In this document: piece after piece, positions 45,134 to 53,762 of the stretch
Layout of the letters: each line of letters begins with the position of its first letter
Numbering within the stretch: the first letter of the stretch is position 1
Source: Candidatus Parcubacteria bacterium
Lineage (GTDB): Bacteria > Patescibacteriota > Minisyncoccia > Phycocordibacterales > CAIJYI01
Length of the DNA: 64,000 nt
Reading direction: 5' to 3'
NCBI GenBank assembly: GCA_026395595.1
Contig: JAPLYL010000003.1
Span: forward strand, 12,136-76,135
Notes under the pieces: model-generated
Told to the model about the DNA's origin: nothing
Seen by the model: only the letters and a program-made list of their open reading frames with translations
Database searches by the model: none
Program-made: the position numbers and the translations under genes

Positions 45134-46042
45134 ATGAAAGAAACAAAAACATTAAAAAAGGCAGGAGAACATATTCGAAAAGCGTTTGACTTTTACCAAC
45201 AGAAATATCGCGCTCTCCTTTTTGTTTCCTGTATTATTATTGTCCCATCTCTTCTCGTTTCTATTTTTTCTCAGAAAGAGGTAATGCTTTCTGTTGTGCA
45301 TACTTTCGGTTTTTTCTTCACTCTTTTTTGTGGAGTTGTTTTGGGAATTCTTTTCATTGTCATTTCTTCATGGGGACAGATTGCTCTTATGTACATGGTG
45401 AAAGATTCGGATGATAAACTCACACCATCTCATGCCTTCAATCTTGCGTGGCAAAAATTGATGTCTTATTGGTGGGTAATGTTTCTCATCGGTTTTTTGG
45501 TTTTTGGCGGAATAATGCTGTTTATTGTTCCCGGATTTCTTTTTGCGATATGGTTCAGTATGGCTTATTTTGTGTTAATTGCGGAAGGTGAAAAAGGAAT
45601 GAATGCGCTGTTGAAAAGCCGAGAGTATATAAAAGGGAGAGCCTGGTCAGTTTTTTGGAGATACCTCGTTTTATCTTTTTGCACGCTTCTTTTTGGTATT
45701 CCCGTGAGTATTCTTTTCTCTGGTATTCCCGAACCGTGGGGCGGGATCATTACACAAAACATCTTTTCTTTTTTTGTTGTCCCGTTCAACGTTATATACA
45801 TATTTCTGGTTTATCGCGATCTTGTGGAAACAAAAGGTGAGTTTTCTTTTGTTCCTAAACAAAAAACTAAAAGAATTTTTATTGCTCTCGGATGGCTTGG
45901 TATTCTGTTGCCGATAATTCTTATTATTTCTCTTTGGAAGTTTCTTCCTCCTGAAAAATTGAATACGCTTATTCCTCCAAAATTTGATATGACGCAAAAA
46001 AGCATTAACTCTCTTTCTTCTGCAATCATTCCCTTTATTTAA
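45134..46042 (+). CDS. polytopic membrane protein, hypothetical
   Basis: 302 aa, about 6 hydrophobic helices. Confidence 0.5.
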   Translation: MKETKTLKKAGEHIRKAFDFYQQKYRALLFVSCIIIVPSLLVSIFSQKEVMLSVVHTFGFFFTLFCGVVLGILFIVISSWGQIALMYMVKDSDDKLTPSHAFNLAWQKLMSYWWVMFLIGFLVFGGIMLFIVPGFLFAIWFSMAYFVLIAEGEKGMNALLKSREYIKGRAWSVFWRYLVLSFCTLLFGIPVSILFSGIPEPWGGIITQNIFSFFVVPFNVIYIFLVYRDLVETKGEFSFVPKQKTKRIFIALGWLGILLPIILIISLWKFLPPEKLNTLIPPKFDMTQKSINSLSSAIIPFI

Positions 46043-46103
46043 AAGGCATATTGCTTTTTATTGAAAATTGTTGTTAAATACATCCGGACACTTTTACATT
46101 AAC

Positions 46104-46161
46104 CAGCCCGCCTTCGCTCTGAGTTTATCGAAGGGCTATGGCGGGCAAAGAAGGAGGTTCT
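46104..46161 (+). promoter_or_regulatory. conserved 5' leader stem-loop plus RBS, copy A (upstream of gcvT)
   Basis: gcccgcc-ttcgctcTGAGTTTAtcgaagggctat-ggcgggc-aaagAAGGAGGttctATG; near-identical copy at 47655-47712. Confidence 0.5.
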
Positions 46162-47316
46162 ATGTCCGAACTTTTGAAAACACCGCTTTCCGATTGTCAT
46201 ATCACCAACGGCGCAAGAATGGCGGAATTCGCTGGCTATTCCATGCCGATCAATTATCAGACCGGAGCATTGAAAGAAATCAAAGCCGTTCGCGAGACTG
46301 CGGGACTTTTTGATATTTCCCATATGCGCCCGATTGTCGTGGAGGGTCTTTCTGCCCGAAGTTTTCTCAACTATATTGATACACGGGATCTTTCCCTCAT
46401 GAAACCAGGTGATGCCCTCTACGGGATAGTCTGTAACGATTTGGGAGAGCCAATAGATGATATCATTGTGTATCAAGACCCATTCTCTGAAAAAGAACGC
46501 GAGTCATTTCTTGTCATTTCAAATGCCAGCAATGGTGCACAAGTTCACCGGCATTTGTGTGGAGTGAAAAAAGCCTTTAACCTTCCCGACGAACACGTGA
46601 AAATTGAGGACGGTTTAGGTCAGTACGGCTTTCTTTCTTTGCAGGGGCCGAATGCGGAAGCTATTTTGGCGGAAGCAATTCATTGTCGCGATGCTATTCC
46701 GAAAAAGTACTATTCGTGTCAGTATGCGCTTCTCTTCGGATATTTGGCTCTCGTGGCAAAAACGGGATACACCGGCGAAGCGGGTTTTGAAATTCTGTGT
46801 GACAAACAAGTTACGCTGGAAATCTGGACGAAGTTACTGGAAGTCGGAGCACCTCATGGACTCATTCCTTGCGGTCTTGCTTCACGAGATACTTTGCGTC
46901 TGGAGGCTGGTATGCCACTCTTTGGACACGAAATGGACGCTGACCATGATCCGATAATGGCGGGCTTGGGTAAGTACGTTAATTTTGACAAACTCCGGTA
47001 TTTCCTCGGAAAAATTTCTTTGCAAAATGTTCTGAATGGAAAATCTTCAAAACCGCGCGAATATCTCCATGCCTTCATTATGGAAAAAGGACGCGTTCCA
47101 AGACATGGCGATAAACTTTTCTTGAAAGATGAAATGAATCTTAAAATAGGGAAGCTGACCAGTGCCGGTTTTTCTCCAACGTTGGAAAAAAACATTGCCA
47201 TGGGATACGTAGACCGCGAACTGGCTTTCGGTTCAGAGGTTCTTATTGAAATCGGCGGAAAGTTATATCCCGCCGTCGTTACAAAACTTCCGTTCTACAA
47301 AAGAACGAAGAAATAA
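46162..47316 (+). CDS. gcvT: glycine cleavage system aminomethyltransferase T
   Basis: TPLSDCHITNGARMAEFAGYSMPINYQ...GYTGEAGFEI GcvT signature; start at the second ATG after the RBS. Confidence 0.85.
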   Translation: MSELLKTPLSDCHITNGARMAEFAGYSMPINYQTGALKEIKAVRETAGLFDISHMRPIVVEGLSARSFLNYIDTRDLSLMKPGDALYGIVCNDLGEPIDDIIVYQDPFSEKERESFLVISNASNGAQVHRHLCGVKKAFNLPDEHVKIEDGLGQYGFLSLQGPNAEAILAEAIHCRDAIPKKYYSCQYALLFGYLALVAKTGYTGEAGFEILCDKQVTLEIWTKLLEVGAPHGLIPCGLASRDTLRLEAGMPLFGHEMDADHDPIMAGLGKYVNFDKLRYFLGKISLQNVLNGKSSKPREYLHAFIMEKGRVPRHGDKLFLKDEMNLKIGKLTSAGFSPTLEKNIAMGYVDRELAFGSEVLIEIGGKLYPAVVTKLPFYKRTKK

Positions 47317-47328
47317 AGAGTAAAACCC

Positions 47329-47357
47329 ATCGCCCCGAGTAATCGGGGCGATTTTTC
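47329..47357 (+). terminator. rho-independent terminator
   Basis: cgccccgagtaatcggggcg followed by atttttct. Confidence 0.65.
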
Positions 47358-47373
47358 TAAACCCTGTCTATGT

Positions 47374-47545
47374 CGTATTGCAAGGTCTTTCCTTAAGGAG
47401 GAGTGTAGCGAAGCGGAACGACGGGGAAAGGTGAGGAATGGGTAAGGGACCCATTCTGCAAGACTTTTTGAGAAATTTTATGAGGTACGAATAAAATATC
47501 CAAAAAGTAACTGCTCCTGTAAGGAGAGACCTTGGGGCTATTTTG
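47374..47545. repeat. dispersed hairpin element, long copy (core 12-bp stem CAAGGTCTTTCC/GGAGAGACCTTG with ~100-nt nested insertion)
   Basis: Same core as 55904-55971; shares AAGGAGGAGCGAAGCG with the MITE-like element at 9145-9404. Confidence 0.55.
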
Positions 47546-47654
47546 CTTGGTTAGAACTTATTGACAATCTAAACAACGGTATGAGTAACATCGTGTCAAC
47601 GTTGATATGCTTTGCGTGTCTGGTATCATTGTCAATGGTTTTGATATTTGAAAT

Positions 47655-47712
47655 AAACCCGCCTATGCCCTGAGTTTACCGAGGGGCTATGGCGGGCAGA
47701 GAAGGAGGTACT
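47655..47712 (+). promoter_or_regulatory. conserved 5' leader stem-loop plus RBS, copy B (upstream of metallophosphoesterase gene)
   Basis: acccgcc-tatgcccTGAGTTTAccgaggggctat-ggcgggc-agagAAGGAGGtactATG. Confidence 0.5.
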
Positions 47713-48876
47713 ATGGATACGACGCAAACCGCTGTAACCGTTTGGTATGAACAAGCTGTAAAGCTTCTTCAGTCCGCTCGGAAAAAAGCGAAAAAAATGT
47801 CTCCGGAAGAACTTATTGTTCTGAAAAAAGAGACGTATGAAGAACTGGAACATCTTTTTACCGAACGCAGTCTTCGCGAAGAGATTGCGGAAGATAGAAA
47901 TCTCCGCAAGACAAAAGCGGAAGAAAGCGATCTGAAAAAGAAGTACAAAGCGCTTCAAGAACAAGTAGAAATGCTTGAAAGAGAAAATCTGGCGATACGT
48001 GAACTGCAAAAAGATCACAATACTCATGCCATTACACCGAATACCGGTCTTGGAACTTCCGAAGCAACCGCAGTTGCCATTCTTTCCGATTGGCATTGTG
48101 AAGAAATAGTTCGTTCCGAAACGGTTAACGGGAAAAATTCTTTCAATCTGGATCGTGCAAGAAAACGCGCAGACCGGTGTTTCCAAAAGATTGTCAGTTT
48201 GACGAGAAAAGAACAGCAAGATGTTACCATCAATAATCTGGTTGTAGGATTGCTCGGCGATTTTATCTCCGGCAACATTCACGAAGAATTGTTGGAAAAT
48301 TGCCAGCTTCGCCCGATGGAAGCGATTCTCTTTGCTCAAGGACTTCTTGAGTCCGGAATTTTGTTTCTTCTTGAACAAACGAAACTGAATTTGACGTTCG
48401 TCTGTCATGTCGGCAACCATACGCGGATTACGAAAAAAGTGCATATTTCCACGGAGATGGGGAATTCGCTTGAGTCTTTAATGTATTGTTCGCTCAAACA
48501 AAGATTTGCTTCCGAACCCCGCGTGAAGTTCATTATCGCGGAAGGGTATCACTCTTATCTGGAAGTGTACGGAACGAAAATCCGTTTTCATCACGGACAT
48601 TCTTTGCGGTATCAAGGCGGTGTCGGCGGATTAACCATTCCTGTCAATAAAGCCATTGCTCAGTGGAATAAGATCATACCGGTTGACTTGGACATCTTCG
48701 GACACTGGCACACCTACATGCACATGAAGAACTTTGTGGCCAACGGCTCGCTCATCGGCTACAATGCCTTTGCTCTTTCCATTAAAGCGGACTTTGACGT
48801 CCCCAAACAGGCCTATTTCTTGATAGACAAACGCCTCGGCCCGTCAATTTTCGCCCCGATTTTTGTAGATAAGTAG
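47713..48876 (+). CDS. calcineurin-like metallophosphoesterase with N-terminal coiled-coil
   Basis: GNHTR, GHSLRYQGG and GHWHTYMH metallophosphatase motifs; N-terminal ~110 aa coiled-coil. Confidence 0.65.
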   Translation: MDTTQTAVTVWYEQAVKLLQSARKKAKKMSPEELIVLKKETYEELEHLFTERSLREEIAEDRNLRKTKAEESDLKKKYKALQEQVEMLERENLAIRELQKDHNTHAITPNTGLGTSEATAVAILSDWHCEEIVRSETVNGKNSFNLDRARKRADRCFQKIVSLTRKEQQDVTINNLVVGLLGDFISGNIHEELLENCQLRPMEAILFAQGLLESGILFLLEQTKLNLTFVCHVGNHTRITKKVHISTEMGNSLESLMYCSLKQRFASEPRVKFIIAEGYHSYLEVYGTKIRFHHGHSLRYQGGVGGLTIPVNKAIAQWNKIIPVDLDIFGHWHTYMHMKNFVANGSLIGYNAFALSIKADFDVPKQAYFLIDKRLGPSIFAPIFVDK

Positions 48877-48884
48877 TATTTTGT

Positions 48885-48919
48885 CCCATTCCCGCCCCAG
48901 TAACTGGGGCGGTTTTTTT
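48885..48919 (+). terminator. rho-independent terminator
   Basis: cccgccccagtaactggggcgg followed by tttttta. Confidence 0.65.
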
Positions 48920-49051
48920 ATACAAAAATGACCCTTTTTCCAAAGTCTCGGTCTTTTCTCTCTCTTGTATTGACTTAATCACTCCTTTTTGTTAGGATAC
49001 ACCGTAAAGCTCACAAATAAGCGGAGCTTTTGTTTTTGACTAAAAATCACT

Positions 49052-49405
49052 ATGACTAGATCGCTCAAAAAAGGTCCTTATGTGGACGAAAAACTGTTAA
49101 AGAAGATTGAAGGCAAAAAGCCTTCTCAAACGCCTCCGATCAAAACTTGGGCGCGCGCGAGTCAGATTTCCCCTGAAATGGTGGGATTCATTTTTGGCGT
49201 TCATAACGGAAGAGCGCACGTTGAAGTGTTAGTAAGCGAAGACATGGTCGGCCATCGTTTGGGTGAGTTTTCTCCGACGAGAAAGTTCATCAGACATGGA
49301 GGTAAAATGCAGAAAGAAATAGAACAGAAGAAGAAGGAGTCCGAAATCTCCGCCGCGAAAGCCGCAAAGGCCGCGCCTGCAGCTGATACAAAAAAGAAGA
49401 AATAA
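49052..49405 (+). CDS. rpsS: 30S ribosomal protein S19 (K/A-rich C-terminal tail)
   Basis: [19 protein letters not shown]... Confidence 0.9.
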   Translation: MTRSLKKGPYVDEKLLKKIEGKKPSQTPPIKTWARASQISPEMVGFIFGVHNGRAHVEVLVSEDMVGHRLGEFSPTRKFIRHGGKMQKEIEQKKKESEISAAKAAKAAPAADTKKKK

Positions 49406-49426
49406 AACTGAAATATCACAATCACC

Positions 49427-49870
49427 ATGGAAACTGGAACAGCAACACTTAAGAACTATAGGCAGGCGCCGAGAAAAGTACGTCTCATCGCCGGCTTGAT
49501 TAAAGGACGAGAGGCAAAGGAAGCTTTGACTATTCTTCGTTTTACTCCGAAAAGAGCTTCTCTCCCGATCGTTAAACTTCTTGAAAGCGCTCTCTCTAAT
49601 GTAAAGAATGCCGGGGCTTCCGACAAAGATTCTTTCCGAATCGCCAACATGACCGTAGACAAAGGCGTTGTCATGAAAAGAAGCATGCCTCGCGCCAGAG
49701 GAAGGGCTTTTCCTATCAAGAAACGAACCAGCCACATCACCATCACAATTGAAAGGATGGACACCGTAGAAAAAGCAAAGAAAGCGGTAAAGGAAACAAA
49801 AGAGACTGTAAAGAAAACCGCCGTTGTAAAGAAACCGGCAACAAAGAAAAAGACGGCAATCAAAGAATAA
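49427..49870 (+). CDS. rplV: 50S ribosomal protein L22 (K-rich C-terminal extension)
   Basis: Position and RKVRLIAGLIKGREAKEALTILRFTPK core. Confidence 0.9.
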   Translation: METGTATLKNYRQAPRKVRLIAGLIKGREAKEALTILRFTPKRASLPIVKLLESALSNVKNAGASDKDSFRIANMTVDKGVVMKRSMPRARGRAFPIKKRTSHITITIERMDTVEKAKKAVKETKETVKKTAVVKKPATKKKTAIKE

Positions 49871-49906
49871 TTTTTTAATTTTTCATTTTTAATTTTTAAC
49901 TCTGTT

Positions 49907-50578
49907 ATGTCACACACCGTTCATCCATATTCGCATCGCTTGGGAATACTTCGGGATTGGAAATCTCGTTGGTTTGCTGCGCCCGGAAAATATCAGGACT
50001 TCTTGAAAACAGACGTTCTTATTCGCGAATACTTGGAAAAACGCCTTCATGGTCACCACGTGAGCGCTCTTGATTTTGAAAGAAGCGCTGATACTTTGAA
50101 GATCGTCATCAAAACAGCTCGCCCCGGTATGATTATCGGACGCAGCGGAGAAGGACACGCCAAACTCCGAAAAGATGTTTTTGAATTCGCAAAAAGACAC
50201 AACATCACTCTTTTGGAAAACCTGAAGATTGATATTGAAGAAGTTCGTTATCCTGAAACGGATGCGGCCATTGTGGCGCAAATGATCGCGGAAGGACTTG
50301 AAAAGCGTATGCCTTTCAGACGTGTTCTCAAACAAACCGTAGAAAAAGTTATGGCGAGCAAATCAGTCCTTGGAGCAAGAATCGGTATTTCCGGTCGTTT
50401 GGGTGGAGCAGAAATGAGCCGTTCAGAACAGATCAAAAAAGGAAACATTCCTTTGCAGACGTTCCGCGCTGATATTGATTTCGCAAAAGAAAGAGCCAAC
50501 CTTCCTTACGGAGTTATCGGTATTAAAGTGTGGATTTACAAAGGCGAAGTTTTTGAACACAAGCCGAAGACGTTTTAA
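49907..50578 (+). CDS. rpsC: 30S ribosomal protein S3
   Basis: KH-domain core and GIKVWIYKGEVF C-terminal region; position. Confidence 0.9.
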   Translation: MSHTVHPYSHRLGILRDWKSRWFAAPGKYQDFLKTDVLIREYLEKRLHGHHVSALDFERSADTLKIVIKTARPGMIIGRSGEGHAKLRKDVFEFAKRHNITLLENLKIDIEEVRYPETDAAIVAQMIAEGLEKRMPFRRVLKQTVEKVMASKSVLGARIGISGRLGGAEMSRSEQIKKGNIPLQTFRADIDFAKERANLPYGVIGIKVWIYKGEVFEHKPKTF

Positions 50579-50599
50579 TGTAATTTATAAACAACCAAC

Positions 50600-51022
50600 A
50601 TGTTATCTTTCCCAAGAAAAGTAAAGCATCGGAAATGGCAGACCAGCCGTATCAATCCGAAAAAACCGAAAGTTGAATCGCGCGGCATTACCGTAGCGTT
50701 CGGTTCCTTTGGTCTGAAAGCGCAAACCCCGGGACGTGTTCGTTCCAATCAGATTGAAGCAGCGAGAAAAACACTCACTCGTACGCTTTCCAAGGCGGGA
50801 AAGGTTTGGATTCGTATCTTTACCGATAGGCCGTTTACTCACAAAGCGGCACAGATGCCGATGGGTAAAGGAAAAGGAGAACCGGAAGGATATTGTTTTG
50901 AAGTTTTTCCTGGACGCGTACTTTTTGAAGTAGACGGGGTAACCGAAGCGGTTGCCAAAGAAGCGTTGCGCAAAGCGGGAGCAAAACTTCCGATTAAGAC
51001 GAAAGTGGTCGCTCACGTCTAA
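50600..51022 (+). CDS. rplP: 50S ribosomal protein L16
   Basis: MLSFPRKVKHRKWQ...; 140 aa. Confidence 0.9.
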   Translation: MLSFPRKVKHRKWQTSRINPKKPKVESRGITVAFGSFGLKAQTPGRVRSNQIEAARKTLTRTLSKAGKVWIRIFTDRPFTHKAAQMPMGKGKGEPEGYCFEVFPGRVLFEVDGVTEAVAKEALRKAGAKLPIKTKVVAHV

Positions 51023-51039
51023 CCAATATATTTACAAAC

Positions 51040-51228
51040 ATGAAAGACGAAATAAAAACAAAAAGCGATCAGGACCTGACGAAAGATCTCACTGAAAAGA
51101 GGGAGGGTTTGCGCGGAATGAGATTCAATATCGCCGGTTCTAAAATTAAGAACGTTAAAGAACAGAAAGGCAGAAAGAAAGAAATTGCTCGAATTTTAAC
51201 CGAACTTAATGCACGACGAGAGATTTAA
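51040..51228 (+). CDS. rpmC: 50S ribosomal protein L29
   Basis: 62 aa, position between rplP and rpsQ. Confidence 0.85.
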   Translation: MKDEIKTKSDQDLTKDLTEKREGLRGMRFNIAGSKIKNVKEQKGRKKEIARILTELNARREI

Positions 51229-51280
51229 GATTTACGATTTAAGAATTATGAATACGGAAACGTCGGTCGTCATTCTTGAA

Positions 51281-51309
51281 TCATAAATCATAAATCATAA
51301 ATCATAAAC
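51281..51309. repeat. heptamer microsatellite (ATCATAA)x4 in the rpmC-rpsQ spacer
   Basis: aatcataaatcataaatcataaatcataaac, preceded by gatttaaga x2. Confidence 0.6.
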
Positions 51310-51312
51310 AAC

Positions 51313-51567
51313 ATGGAAAAGAAAACAATACATCTGAAAAAGTTTAAAGGGGTCGTCGTCTCCGATAAAATGAATAAGACCGTCGTCGTACGCGTCAACC
51401 GTTTCGTGAAGCATCCGAAATACGGAAAATTCATTGAGTCAAGCAAGCGTTTCAAAGCGCATGATGAGACGAACGAGTACAAAACGGGTGATAAAGTCAT
51501 CATAGAAGAAACTCGCCCGATTTCAAAAGATAAAACCTTTAAGGTGACAGGGAAGCAAGCCCAATAA
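51313..51567 (+). CDS. rpsQ: 30S ribosomal protein S17
   Basis: [22 protein letters not shown]. Confidence 0.9.
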   Translation: MEKKTIHLKKFKGVVVSDKMNKTVVVRVNRFVKHPKYGKFIESSKRFKAHDETNEYKTGDKVIIEETRPISKDKTFKVTGKQAQ

Positions 51568-51588
51568 AAATCACGGAAAAGCAATAAC

Positions 51589-51960
51589 ATGATACAGCCA
51601 CAAACTATAGTTAAAATAGCGGACAACACCGGAGCTAAGATCGGAAGGGTGTTCAAAATACCCGGAGGTTCAAAAAAGCGATACGCTGAAATAGGCGAAG
51701 TCGTTATTTTGGCAGTTCAGGTAGTAGAGCCACGCAAATCCGTAAAAAGGAAAGACGTTCTTCAGGCCGTTGTCGTGAGACAAACCAAACCTTTCCGAAG
51801 AAAAGACGGCTCATACGTTCGTTTTGACGAAAATGCGGTTGTTATTTTAGAAAAAGGAAAGCTTGAACCGAAAGGAGGTCGCGTGTTCGGGCCGATTCCG
51901 CGCGAGCTCGCGGAACGCGGATACCAGAAGATTGTTTCTCTCGCGCCGGAAATTGTTTAA
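51589..51960 (+). CDS. rplN: 50S ribosomal protein L14
   Basis: MIQPQTIVKIADNTGAK. Confidence 0.9.
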   Translation: MIQPQTIVKIADNTGAKIGRVFKIPGGSKKRYAEIGEVVILAVQVVEPRKSVKRKDVLQAVVVRQTKPFRRKDGSYVRFDENAVVILEKGKLEPKGGRVFGPIPRELAERGYQKIVSLAPEIV

Positions 51961-51974
51961 CTTCAAATACATAT

Positions 51975-52280
51975 ATGAACGTAAAGAAAGACGACATGGT
52001 CATAGTCCTCACGGGCAAGGATAAAGGAAAGAAAGGAAAAATCCTTCGGGTTTTCCGTGATGCCAATAAAGTAACGGTTGAAGGCGTGGCCATCAGAAAG
52101 AAAACTCTCAAAGCAAAGAAAAAAGGAGGGAAGGGTCAGATTATTGAAATGGCTTCTCCTATCAACGCTTCAAACGTCGCTTTGATTGATCCGAAAACGG
52201 ATAAGCCCACCAGAGTCGGACACAAAATTGTTGCCGGCAAAAAGGTAAGAGTTACCAAAAAAAGCGGAGTAGAAATTTAA
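51975..52280 (+). CDS. rplX: 50S ribosomal protein L24
   Basis: KOW motif region VKKDDMVIVLTGKDKGKKGKI. Confidence 0.9.
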   Translation: MNVKKDDMVIVLTGKDKGKKGKILRVFRDANKVTVEGVAIRKKTLKAKKKGGKGQIIEMASPINASNVALIDPKTDKPTRVGHKIVAGKKVRVTKKSGVEI

Positions 52281-52340
52281 TAAAAAGAAAAAGGTACTTG
52301 CGTATGCTTGTCATATGCTTATCCTATATCACCTAATACC

Positions 52341-52886
52341 ATGGAAACCATTAAAGATAGAGAAAAGAAAGCCTTTGAGCTCATGAAGAGCGAATTTGGC
52401 TATAAAAATCCGATGCAGGCCCCTCGTCTCGCCAAAGTTATTGTTAGCTCAGGCACAGGAAAATCAAAAGATCCGAAAAGAAACGATCTCGTCATTGACC
52501 GTCTTACAAAAATTACCGGACAGAAACCTTCTCTTCGCGGAGCAAAGAAATCCATCGCTTCCTTCAAAGTAAGAGAAGGAGACCCTGTCGGCGTTATGGT
52601 AACCCTTCGCTCGGGAAGAATGTATGGTTTCTTGGATAAACTCATCAATGTCGCTATTCCCCGCATGAAAGACTTCCGTGGATTGGAAGCGAAAGCGATA
52701 GACGAGATTGGAAACTACACCATGGGACTTCGCGAACACACCATTTTTACCGAAGCGACCAATGAAGACCTGAAAGATGTTTTCGGACTCGCCATCACCG
52801 TCGTTACTACCGCCAAGAATGCCAAAGAAGCCAAAGCCTTCCTTGATATCCTCGGTTTCCCGTTCAAGAAAACCGAAGCGAAATAA
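52341..52886 (+). CDS. rplE: 50S ribosomal protein L5 (alternative start 52308)
   Basis: NPMQAPRLAKVIVSSGTG...; 181 aa from the internal ATG. Confidence 0.85.
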   Translation: METIKDREKKAFELMKSEFGYKNPMQAPRLAKVIVSSGTGKSKDPKRNDLVIDRLTKITGQKPSLRGAKKSIASFKVREGDPVGVMVTLRSGRMYGFLDKLINVAIPRMKDFRGLEAKAIDEIGNYTMGLREHTIFTEATNEDLKDVFGLAITVVTTAKNAKEAKAFLDILGFPFKKTEAK

Positions 52887-52899
52887 ATTTACAAAAAAA

Positions 52900-52926
52900 A
52901 AGCCGCTCACACTGAGCGGCTTTTTG
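52900..52926 (+). terminator. rho-independent terminator; the S10/spc-type cluster ends here
   Basis: agccgctcacactgagcggct followed by ttttgg. Confidence 0.65.
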
Positions 52927-52928
52927 GT

Positions 52929-53228
52929 TTAGAATAAAGAAATCATCCAAGGTTCAAAAGATTTTTTGCTAAAATCAATAAGCCAGTCTTCTTTTGCATA
53001 CCTTATTGTTAGTTCAATCATAATATCTCTATTTAGATTGAATTTGGGGGGAAGAATGATCCGTATAGGGTCACTGCCTGTTAAATTATCCGCAGTCAAA
53101 TTGATGAGATAACTGTCAACAAAATTTTCAATTTCCTTTATCATCTCAAAGTTCCTGATGTATTTTTCAGCTTCTACCGCATCATTTTTTTCTTTGAGCG
53201 AGAGACAAGCTTTTTTACTAATTGCCAT
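52929..53228 (-). CDS. hypothetical protein
   Basis: 99-aa ORF. Confidence 0.35.
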   Translation of the reverse strand: MAISKKACLSLKEKNDAVEAEKYIRNFEMIKEIENFVDSYLINLTADNLTGSDPIRIILPPKFNLNRDIMIELTIRYAKEDWLIDFSKKSFEPWMISLF

Positions 53229-53336
53229 TTTTCATCTCCTTTTTGATGTTCAAAATCTGGTTTCAATTATAAACTATTTTTTAGACATGTCAAGTTTTGA
53301 TAAAAAGCCGTCCATTTGGGACGGCTTTTGTTTTAA

Positions 53337-53567
53337 CTATGGCATTGAGTCAAAAGTCTCCTCGCCCCCTTTTAGTTCAGATATCGGTTTTGGGGGTACG
53401 GGGACTTGCCTTGTTTGAGGTTTTTGTTTTGCCTGTATTTTTGGATCAGGTTTTGATTCAAGGGCTTTTTCTTCCTGTTTCTTTTTAAAAAAAGCGATGA
53501 TTCCATAACCTATGGCAATAAAAAGATTTTCTAAAGCTTTCTTTTCGAACTCATGATATTCGCTCAT
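53337..53567 (-). CDS. hypothetical small membrane-anchored protein
   Basis: 76 aa with one TM (IAIGYGIIAFF). Confidence 0.35.
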   Translation of the reverse strand: MSEYHEFEKKALENLFIAIGYGIIAFFKKKQEEKALESKPDPKIQAKQKPQTRQVPVPPKPISELKGGEETFDSMP

Positions 53568-53762
53568 TGATGTAACCTCATTTTTAGTACTTTGTTTCTG
53601 AGGGGTAGTATATCGTATTATTATTATCAGTCAACCCTAAATACAGTTTGCCATATTGAGAAAAATAGTTTAGAATATCCGTAATGAAGCCAACCGTGGC
53701 TTTTTTGTTTAGACATATTTATTCATCTTAAAAGTTAATTTTAACAAAAGTTCATCAATTTT

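Noticed and set aside
46104-46161. Glycine riboswitch upstream of gcvT
   Set aside because: The element is only ~58 nt, far shorter than a glycine aptamer. A near-identical copy precedes an unrelated gene.
47632-48444. 270-aa minus-strand ORF antisense to the metallophosphoesterase gene
   Set aside because: Shadow ORF with low-complexity composition; the plus-strand gene has clear catalytic motifs.
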